Shown here: positions 13,468 through 25,100 of the stretch, piece after piece
Numbering within the stretch: position 1 is the first letter of the stretch
How the letters are laid out: every line of letters starts with the position of its first letter
NCBI GenBank assembly: GCA_965644295.1
Contig: CBFFRP010000577.1
Location: 124,001-188,000, forward strand
Length of the DNA stretch: 64,000 bases
From: Paraphysomonas bandaiensis
Lineage: Eukaryota; Protista; Chrysophyceae
Direction of reading: 5' to 3'
Made by a program: the position numbers and the translations under genes
The notes under the pieces: model-generated
What the model saw: the letters and a program-made list of their open reading frames with translations, nothing else
Databases searched by the model: none
Told to the model about the DNA's origin: nothing

Positions 13468-13950
13468 AACATAGTCAGCAGATATTGTTCTATCCACTCA
13501 TAGCCGAATGCTTGTGTGGTACAAGGGACACCAATAAGTATCACTTGTGTAGACGTCTTTGGGCCTTGACGAATAAACAGGCATCCGGAAATTGGCCCAC
13601 CTCAAGGACATCCGGGACAGGGCCCACCTGAAGGGTAACCGCGGTATTGGGCTGCCTGCTGAAGTCAAGCATCCGGGATGTTCACCTTAAGGACTCAAAA
13701 AACAGAGGTTAGCAGAAGTCAGCTATATCAACATTCTGCTTGCTCACTGCGTTTGCTTTGAGCGATAGAACGGAGGTGGTTGCATCTTGGTGCTTGCGGC
13801 GACGCACAAGCAGCCTCCGTAGCGTTAAATAGTTGGATAATAGAGTTTGTACTAGTTAGTAACTGGTGGACGTCTATCTAGCTTGACTAGCTTTCTTCTA
13901 GCTACTGGTGCTGATTCGTAACGCCTATTGCTAATAATAAGACTTTCAAT
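13394..13950 (+). mobile_element. Near full-length non-autonomous retroposon (copy A): HDV-like ribozyme head, internal ~30-bp repeats, LINE-shared 3' tail
   Basis: Homologous to 28199-28577 and 28613-29018 (minus). Tail shared with LINE ends at 43515-43683 and 44263-44450. Near-TSD GATAAAA(A)GTA at 13384 and 13956. Confidence 0.8.
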
Positions 13951-14287
13951 ATATCGATAAAAAGTACTTACTGTTACAATAAAGGATTTTTTTGCGGGTA
14001 AAAACAACATACTATCGCTCATAACTAATAAATCAACATAACCGAAATATATATATCATAGTATACCTTCTTCGGTGGCACTCTCGAAATACGGAACACG
14101 AGCTACAATACAGTAACGTAGCAGTGGATAATCTACATAATAAATAGGACCTCGCAGAAAGATACCTCATATCTGCGTGTCAGAGAATAAAATCAAATAT
14201 ATTTTGAGACTACTGTATGAGGACTAATGAGAACTACATTTCTCTATTTTCAGGATATTTTAAGAATCCCACAGTATGGCTGACTTG

Positions 14288-15843
14288 TTATTTCACCTCT
14301 GTGGATATTTTACTATCTTCATCGTCATTATCTGAGTAATCGCTATATTCCTCCTGTGGGGTGTCAAACCCAGATGCATCAGACTGTAAAGATGACTGAG
14401 ATATATTTGGAGCAATAAACTGGGGCGAAGGAGTCATTGTACTGAAAGCGGGGTTATCAATCCCCACCCTTCGTAACCATGCTGCAACATAACCCCAACT
14501 AACTTCACGGGCTTTGTCTCCTACCTCAGGCACCTCGCCCTGGGTCTCATCTTCTGTGTACCATATACGAAGTAGAGCTGCAGACACTAACTCTATAACC
14601 ATCCTACAAGGCATACGAGAAATGGTTTGAGCATTGATTCTCCTCCGGTCTTCTGTTCTACCTTGCCAGTTGAACTGTCCCTGCTGCGGTCGTAATTCTT
14701 TGTCAAGAAGGTAGTTCACTTCCGTCAACAGTCGACCATCTATATCCACGGACCGTGGAGGGTCTAGTACACAGGACGGTTGTATATGCTGACTCCACCG
14801 AGCAATCATGGACTTATTTACCTGTGAAACTAGTAAAATACACCGTATACACTCAACTAAAATACCCTCTCGAATTTCTCCATTCCCCGGACCAGCTTCA
14901 CTGCTGCTGCTAAATTGCGATTTAACCGCTGCCACTGCATTACTACAAATTCCTAGTTTCGGAGTTATTCTGTTTATCACGAGTATTTATGATATACCTT
15001 TTCCTGTGTGGTATAGTGTGTTCTCTGTTTCCGTTGACCGGTACTTTCGTCACGGAGAGCCGGCGGTTCGCATAGTATATCGGATCGCCGCAATTCAACT
15101 CCAGTACCGATATTAGACTGAAAACGGTTCACAACGATGGCATGTACTTTATCGAAATCTGCACTGCCTTGAGGAATGGTCATCAGCTTCTCTAAAATAA
15201 AATTCTTGTGTGGGATACGAAGTGACCTCCACGAACTAATATGTGTCTGAAGAATTCCACTGTCTTTCAGAATTGAAATAATATCATCCATAATAATAGG
15301 CGTTTCTTCACTCGGAAGCAACATAAGCGAAGAGATAATGTGGCCCATATATGTCGCAGATTTGAGGCACGAGAGTATAGCTTCCTCTGACGAGATGGCA
15401 GACGTCGATTCCATGTCATAAAAAACGCCACGTTTCATGTCAGAGCCTACTCACTAGTCACAATACCGCAGGAATGGAAGAATACAAGCGCCAGAAATCC
15501 CTGTGGGGTCATTGGTTCACAGAAATATGGTTAAACTTAACAGGCGCTTACCTCAACACATTCCATCTCAAACACAGTGAATATTGTGTGAAGATACAGC
15601 CATGCTCACCTCTTGTCCATGCCCAAGATGATAGAGCGGCTATGGAAGTGTCGCCTTCCCTGTGCCTGAGATCTCCATGCCAGATCCATATGGAATATAT
15701 ATATATATCTGTTGCGCTGACAACACTGGAGCGCAGATTCTCATGTGCTGAAAATTATAGAAACTGGGCAATGTTACAGAAAACAGAAAAAAACACCTCA
15801 AAAACTTAGAAATCAGGGGTTTTCCTATCGACCAACCGTCCAT
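14288..15843 (-). CDS. Hypothetical multi-exon protein with acidic C-terminus
   Basis: Successive minus-strand ORFs 15640-15951, 14977-15438 and 14288-14980 with protein-like composition; no recognised family. Confidence 0.5.
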
Positions 15844-16123
15844 ACCAATGCATGCGCCTGTAACCATATCGATATCAATATTTGGGATTTTTAGGGGTTG
15901 CAACCCCGCAAAACCCTGAATAATAGGATATCGTTTCACTGACGAACACACATCTCACTAGTACCAACAATGCCCCGTATCTTCAATACTGTCGGGGGGT
16001 TCGCTGTCTCGGAGCGAGGTATCACTCCCCCATATTACGTCCAACATATAGTATATTTGCCATTATCTATTACGCCATTTAAACCAGCCTCTATCACTAG
16101 CTGTAATCATCGAGTCTCCCCGT

Positions 16124-19100
16124 ATGAGTTGTTTCAAAGTGATTCACCGAATCTCTTTATTTCTATTGTTATATTGTGCTCGCATACACGCTGCGTCTAT
16201 TTCAGTTCTCTCGAACAGCTATGCTGCAAGTGGGACGTATGATGAAATTAAAGCCCAACTTGATGAGAACCAAAATACTGATAGTGAGGCTGTAGGTGAA
16301 GGAGTCTGGAGCTGCAGCTGCAGTCAATCATTCTTCCCCACATCTGTGCCTTCTTCACTACCGTCGTCGATTCCAACTTCTCTGCCGTCCTCAGTTCCCA
16401 CCTCTGTACCTACCTCTATCCCCACATCTGTTCCTTCTTCATTGCCGTCGTCGATTCCAACTTCTCCACCTTCTTCAGTTCCTACCTCCGTACCTACCTC
16501 TATACCAACTTCTGTTCCATCGTCAGTTCCAACTTCTTTACCTACTTGCATGCCGACTTCGTTTCCTACATCTCTTCCCAGCTCGATTCCGACATCACTA
16601 CCAACTTCGATTCCTACATCTATTCCAACAGTTTCTCCAACTTCTGTCCCAACTACAGTTCCAACGTCTGTTCCGACATCTATTCCAACTTCTCTGCCTA
16701 CTTCGACGCCTTCTTCGACGCCAACCTCTTTGCCAACATCGTTTCCAACATCTCTTCCATCATCCATTCCAACATCTCTACCTACTTCTTCTCCGACATC
16801 TATTCCGACTTCTGTTCCCTCATCCATTCCTACATCACTCCCATCCTCGTCACCCACGTCTATTCCGACCTCAGTTCCAACCTCTACTCCTACTTCTCTA
16901 CCAACATCAGTGCCAACATCAGTTCCAAGTTCTGTCCCATCAGCGTTGCCTACGTCGATGCCATCTTCAGTCCCAACGTCTATACCCACATCATTGCCAA
17001 CAGTAATTCCTACGTCTATTCCTACATCACTTCCGAGTTCCTTGCCTACCTCGGTACCGACATCCATACCGACATCAATACCGTCATCTGTGCCAACATC
17101 TTTGCCCACTTCAATTCCGACATCGGTACCTACCTCTATTCCTACATCTGTTCCAACTTCAGACCCCACATCGGTCCCAACATCAATTCCTACATCGGTA
17201 CCCTCTTCCATTCCAACTTCTATACCCACTGCTTTACCGTCGTCTGTCCCGACGTCTATACCCACTTCTGTTCCAACGTCGCTACCCTCTTCAGTCCCAA
17301 CATCTATACCGACCTCTCTTCCTACGTCTATCCCGACTTCTGTGCCTACTTCTATGCCTACGTCTGTACCTACATCAGCTCCCTCTTCCATGCCGACATC
17401 AGTTCCAACCTCAGTACCTACATCAGTGCCTTCGTCGGTGCCCACATCAGTCCCTACTTCAACTCCTACATCCATACCGACCTCATTACCTTCTTCATTA
17501 CCAACTTCAGTACCCACCTCATTACCTACTTCACTCCCGACATCTGTGCCTACGTCTGTGCCTTCGTCAGTGCCCACCTCGACGCCTACTTCAATTCCTA
17601 CGTCTATTCCAACATCGGTCCCTAGTTCAGTTCCGTCTTCATTACCTACCTCTTTTCCCACCTCAGTTCCAACTTCCGTACCTTCGTCTGTGCCAACTTC
17701 GATCCCAACCTCAATGCCTTCGTCTGCGCCGACATCAGTTCCAACATCCGTACCAACCTCCGTTCCTACGTCTTTGCCTACATCTATTCCTACATCGGTA
17801 CCTACTTCGGTTCCCACTTCAGTCCCTTCCTCGGTTCCAACTTCAGTCCCTACATCGGTTCCAACCTCTATTCCAACCTCTGTTCCAACATCTCTTCCTA
17901 CATCAGTCCCTACTTCCATTCCTACATCAGTTCCTACATCCGTTCCAACATCTGTTCCTTCTTCGGTACCCACTTCATATCCAACGTCGGTACCAACAGC
18001 AGTCCCTACATCACAACCAACTTCCGTTCCCACATCGACCCCTACATCTGTACCAACGTCGACTCCGACATCGGTGCCATCCTCTACCCCTACATCTGTA
18101 CCGTCTTCTCTTCCAACATCCATCCCGACATCGATTCCTACATCTGTACCAAGCTGTGTACCTACATCTGTTCCTACATCAACTCCTACATCCACTCCTA
18201 CATCTTCACCATCCTCTGTACCTACCTCAGTTCCTACTTCTATACCAACGTCAATCCCTACATCTGTTCCTTCTTCGGACCCTACATCAGTTCCAACGTC
18301 TGTCCCGACATCCGTACCGACTTCAGCTCCAACATCTGTTCCTACTTCTATACCAACATCGCTTCCTACTTCTGTACCAACATCGATGCCAACTTCAGTT
18401 CCTACCTCAGTACCGACGTGTATCCCAACATCAGTCCCGACATCGGTTCCAACGTCGGTACCAACATCAGTGCCTACGTCAGTTCCTACTTCTGTTCCTA
18501 CATCGGTTCCAACCTCTCTTCCAACATCTGTTCCTACATCAGTTCCATCATCCGTACCTACTTCTATACCAACATCGCTTCCTACATCTGTTCCTACATC
18601 CGTTCCAACTGCGGTACCAACTTCAATACCTACGTCAGTTCCTACCTCAGTCCCGACATCGGTCCCTACTTCTGTGCCAACTTCGGTACCAACATCAGTG
18701 CCTACGTCAATTCCGACATTGATACCTACTTCAGTTCCAACTTCGATGCCGACGTCTGTACCATCGTCTGTTCCGACGTCAATTCCAACATCGCTTCCTA
18801 CATCTGTTCCTACGTCAGTTCCTACTGCTGTCCCGACATCATCTCCAACTTCGGTCCCATCTTCAATACCTACTGGTGTTCCGACCTCGGTACCAACAGC
18901 AATTCCAACCTCTGCTCCAACTACTGTACCTACATCGGTGCCTACCTCAGTCCCTACAGCGTCTCCAACATCAGTGCCTACCTCAGTTCCTACCTCAGTT
19001 CCATCATCCCTACCTACTTCTATACCAACATCGCTTCCTACTTCTGTTCCTACATCCGTTCCAACTGCGGTACCAACTTCAATACCTACTGGTGTTCCTA

Positions 19101-22100
19101 CCTCAGTCCCGACATCGATTCCAACTTCGGTACCAACATCGGTACCAACATCAGTGCCTACTTCGGTCCCTACATCGGTTCCAACCTCTCTTCCAACATC
19201 TGTTCCTACATCAGTTCCATCATCCCTACCTACTTCTATACCAACATCGCTTCCTACATCTGTTCCTACATCCGTTCCAACTGCGGTACCAACTTCAATA
19301 CCTACTGGTGTTCCTACCTCAGTCCCGACATCGATTCCAACTTCGGTACCAACATCGGTACCAACATCAGTGCCTACTTCAGTCCCTACATCGATTCCAA
19401 CCTCTCTTCCAACATCTGTTCCTACATCAGTTCCATCATCCGTACCTACTTCTATACCAACATCGCTTCCTACATCTGTTCCTACATCCGTTCCAACTTC
19501 GGTACCAACAGCAGTACCTTCGTCAGTGCCTACTTCAGTCCCGACATCGATTCCAACGTCTCTTCCAACATCGGTACCAACATCAGTGCCTACGTCAGTC
19601 CCTACATCGGATCCAACCTCTCTTCCAACATCAATTCCAACTTCAGTTCCATCATCCGTACCTACTTCTATACCAACATCGCTTCCTACATCTGTTCCTA
19701 CCTCAGTTCCTACATCCGTACCAACGTCAGTCCCTTCGTCAGTGCCTACCTCAGTCCCGACATCGATTCCAACTTCGGCACCAACATCAGTGCCTACGTC
19801 AGTCCCTACCTCAGTCCCGACATCGGTTCCAACCTCTCTTCCAACATCAATTCCAACTTCAGTTCCATCATCCCTACCTACTTCTATACCAACATCGCTT
19901 CCTACATCTGTTCCTACATCCGTTCCAACTTCGGTCCCAACTTCAATACCTACGTCAGTTCCTACCTCAGTCCCGACATCGGTTCCAACCTCTGCACCAA
20001 CATCGGTACCAACATCAGTGCCTACTTCGGTGCCTACATCGGTTCCAACCTCTCTTCCAACATCAATTCCAACTTCAGTTCCATCATCCGTACCTACTTC
20101 TATACCAACATCGCTTCCTACATCAGTTCCTACCTCAGTTCCTACATCCGTACCAACGTCAGTCCCTTCGTCAGTGCCTACCTCAGTCCCGACATCGATT
20201 CCAACATCTGTACCAACATCAGTGCCTACGTCAGTCCCTACCTCAGTCCCGACATCGGTTCCAACCTCTCTTCCAACATCTGTTCCTACGTCAGTTCCAT
20301 CATCCGTACCTACTTCTATACCAACATCGCTTCCTACATCTGTTCCTACATCCGTTCCAACTTCGGTCCCAACTTCAATACCTACGTCAGTTCCTACCTC
20401 AGTCCCGACATCGGTTCCAACGTCTCTTCCAACATCGGTACCAACATCAGTGCCTACGTCAGTCCCTACATCGGTTCCAACCTCACTTCCAACATCTGTT
20501 CCTACATCGGTTCCAACGTCGGTACCAACATCAGTGCCTACGTCAGTTCCTACTTCTGTTCCTACATCGGTTCCAACCTCTCTTCCAACATCTGTTCCTA
20601 CATCAGTTCCATCATCCGTACCTACTTCTATACCAACATCGCTTCCTACATCTGTTCCTACATCCGTTCCAACTGCGGTTCCAACTTCAATACCTACGTC
20701 AGTTCCTACCTCAGTCCCGACATCGGTCCCTACTTCTGTGCCAACTTCGGTACCAACATCAGTGCCTACGTCAATTCCGACATCGATACCTACTTCAGTT
20801 CCAACTTCGATGCCGACGTCTGTACCATCGTCTGTTCCGACGTCAATTCCAACATCGCTTCCTACATCTGTTCCTACATCCGTTCCAACAGCGGTTCCAA
20901 CTTCAATTCCTACTGGTGTTCCTACCTCAGTCCCGACATCGGTTCCAACTTCGGTACCAACATCTGTACCAACATCAGTGCCTACTTCAGTCCCTACATC
21001 GATTCCAACCTCACTTCCAACATCAATTCCAACTTCAGTTCCATCATCCCTACCTACTTCTATACCAACATCGCTTCCTACATCTGTTCCTACATCCGTT
21101 CCAACTGCGGTTCCAACTTCAATACCTACTGGTGTTCCTACCTCAGTCCCGACATCGGTTCCAACTTCGGTACCAACATCGGTACCAACATCAGTGCCTA
21201 CTTCAGTCCCTACATCGGTTCCAACCTCACTTCCAACATCAATTCCAACTTCAGTTCCATCATCCCTACCTACTTCTATACCAACATCGCTTCCTACATC
21301 TGTTCCTACATCCGTTCCAACTGCGGTTCCAACTTCAATACCTACTGGTGTTCCTACCTCAGTCCCGACATCGGTTCCAACCTCTGCACCAACATCGGTA
21401 CCAACATCAGTGCCTACTTCGGTGCCTACATCGGTTCCAACCTCACTTCCAACATCAATTCCAACTTCAGTTCCATCATCCCTACCTACTTCTATACCAA
21501 CATCGCTTCCTACATCTGTTCCTACATCCGTTCCAACTGCGGTTCCAACTTCAATACCTACTGGTGTTCCTACCTCAGTCCCGACATCGGTTCCAACCTC
21601 TGCACCAACATCGGTACCAACATCAGTGCCTACTTCGGTGCCTACATCGGTTCCAACCTCTCTTCCAACATCAATTCCAACTTCAGTTCCGTCATCCCTA
21701 CCTACTTCTATACCAACATCGCTTCCTACATCTGTTCCTACATCCGTTCCAACTGCGGTACCAACTTCAATACCTACTGGTGTTCCGACCTCAGTCCCGA
21801 CATCGATTCCAACTTCGGTACCAACATCAGTGCCTACGTCAGTGCCTACTTCAGCCCCTACATCGGTTCCAACCTCACTTCCAACATCTGTTCCTACATC
21901 CGTTCCAACTGCGGTACCAACTTCAATACCTACTGGTGTTCCGACCTCAGTCCCGACATCGATTCCAACTTCGGTACCAACATCGGTACCAACATCATTG
22001 CCTACTTCAGTCCCTACATCGGTTCCAACCTCTCTTCCAACATCTGTTCCTACATCCGTTCCAACTTCGGTTCCAACTTCAATACCTACTGGTGTTCCTA

Positions 22101-25100
22101 CCTCAGTCCCGACATCGATTCCAACTGCGGTACCAACTTCAATACCTACTGGTGTTCCTACGTCAGTCCCTACTTCGGTTCCAACCTCTCTTCCAACATC
22201 TGTTCCTACATCTGTTCCATCATCCGTACCTACTTCTATACCAACATCGCTTCCTACTTCTGTACCAACATCGATGCCAACTGCAGTTCCAACTTCAATA
22301 CCTACTGGTGTTCCTACGTCAGTCCCTACTTCTGTTCCAACCTCTCTTCCAACATCTGTTCCTACATCTGTTCCATCATCCGTACCTACTTCTATACCAA
22401 CATCGCTTCCTACTTCTGTACCAACATCGATGCCAACTGCGGTTCCAACTTCAATACCTACTGGCGTTCCTACCTCAGTCCCGACATCGGTTCCAACTTC
22501 GGTACCAACATCTGTACCAACATCAGTGCCTACCTCAGTCCCTACATCGGTTCCAACCTCACTTCCAACTTCAGTTCCTACATCCGTACCATCATCCGTA
22601 CCTACTTCTATACCAACATCGCTTCCTACTTCTGTTCCTACATCCGTTCCAACTGCGGTACCAACTTCAATACCTACTGGTGTTCCTACCTCAGTCCCGA
22701 CATCGATTCCAACTTCGGTACCAACATCAGTGCCTACGTCAGTGCCTACTTCAGCCCCTACATCGGTTCCAACCTCACTTCCAACATCTGTTCCAACTTC
22801 AGTTCCATCATCCCTACCTACTTCTATACCAACATCGCTTCCTACATCTGTTCCTACATCCGTTCCAACTGCGGTACCAACTTCAATACCTACTGGTGTT
22901 CCTACCTCAGTCCCGACATCGATTCCAACATCTGTACCAACATCAGTGCCTACGTCAGTGCCAACTTCAGCCCCTACATCGGTTCCAACCTCACTTCCTA
23001 CTTCTGTTCCTACTTCAGTGCCTTCATCGATTCCAACTTCGGTTCCTACATCGATTCCTACATCTGTTCCAACATCCGTTCCAACTGCGGTTCCAACTTC
23101 AATACCTACTGGTGTTCCTACCTCAGTCCCGACATCGGTTCCAACGTCGGTTCCAACATCGGTACCAACATCAGTGCCTACTTCAGTCCCTACATCGGTT
23201 CCAACCTCTCTTCCAACATCTGTTCCAACTTCAGTTCCATCATCCCTACCTACTTCTATACCAACATCGCTTCCTACTTCTGTTCCTACATCCGTTCCAA
23301 CTGCGGTACCAACTTCAATACCTACTGGTGTTCCTACCTCAGTCCCGACATCGATTCCAACATCTGTACCAACATCAGTGCCTACGTCAGTGCCTACTTC
23401 AGCCCCTACATCGGTTCCAACCTCACTTCCTACTTCTGTTCCTACTTCAGTGCCTTCATCGATTCCAACTTCGGTTCCTACATCGATTCCTACATCTGTT
23501 CCAACGTCAGTCCCAACGTCCGTTCCATCTTCAATACCTACGTCAGTTCCAACATCTGTTCCAACATCAATTCCAACATCGATGCCTACATCGGTGCCAT
23601 CATCAGTACCTACATCGACACCAACTTCGTTGCCTACATCAGTTCCAACAGCGATACCTACATCGATTCCTACATCAGTACCTACGTCCGTTCCAACGTC
23701 GATTCCTACATCAATACCTACATCTGTACCGACTGCTATCCCGACTTCAATTCCTAGCGCTTTACCAACTTCGGTTCCAACTTCAATACCTACATCGGTT
23801 CCAACCTCTATTCCAACTGCTGTTCCTACATCTCTACCTACCTCTGTTCCAACATCTCTTCCTACTTCAGTGCCAACGTCAACTCCTACATCGGTTCCAA
23901 CATCAGTACCTACATCGACACCAACTTCGTTGCCTACGTCAATACCAACCTCTCTTCCAACAACGATTCCAACATCGGTTCCATCATCGGTTCCAACTTC
24001 AGTTCCAACATCCGTTCCAACATCCGTTCCAACATCAGTCCCAACATCGGTCCCTACATCAGTTCCAACATCTGTTCCAACATCAGTGCCTACAGCTGCC
24101 CCTACTTCAGTCCCTTCGTCAGTTCCATCGTCTATTCCAACATCACTTCCTACCTCTGTTCCAACATCTGTTCCTACTTCAGTTCCAACATCGATGCCGA
24201 CATCAATCCCAACATCAGTACCTACATCGACTCCAACTTCATTGCCTACATCAGTTCCAACTTCGACACCAACATCCATCCCATCGTCTGTTCCAACGTC
24301 TGTGCCATCATCACTTCCAACTTCTCTACCTACTTCAGTTCCAACATCTGTTCCAACATCAGTACCTACCTCAGTTCCTACATCGGTTCCTACATCCGTT
24401 CCCTCATCTATTCCGACCTCTGTCCCGACCTCTGTACCGACATCTGTACCGACTTCAGTACCAACATCAGTCCCTACGTCAGTACCAACCTCTGTTCCAA
24501 CATCGGTGCCTACCTCTGTTCCTACTTCAGTTCCAACATCAGCTCCTTCTGCAGTTCCAACGTCGATACCTACATCGGTTCCTACATCCGTTCCGTCATC
24601 ATCTCCTACTTCAGTACCTACATCAGTTCCTACTTCAGTCCCTACATCGATTCCAACGTCTCTTCCATCATCTGTTCCGACATCAGTTCCATCATCCGTA
24701 CCTACTTCAGTCCCAACATCGGTCCCTACTTCGGTTCCAACCTCGATTCCAACATCAGTGCCAACATCGGTTCCTACATCGATACCGACCTCTATTCCGT
24801 CCTCCATTCCTACTTCGTGTCCGACGTCAATTCCTACATCTCTCCCGACATCCGTCCCGACATCAGTTCCTAGTTCTGCACCAACCTCAGTACCTACCGC
24901 TCTCCCTTCTTCAGTCCCTACATCTGTTCCTAGTTCTTCACCGTCTTCGGTCCCCACAGCTGTCCCTACTTCCGTCCCAACATCGGTACCAACCTCTCTT
25001 CCTACCTCTGTTCCTACTTCAGTTCCAACATCAGTACCTACTTCAGTTCCGACATCGGTACCTACATCGGTTCCAACATCGATACCTACTTCGGTTCCTA

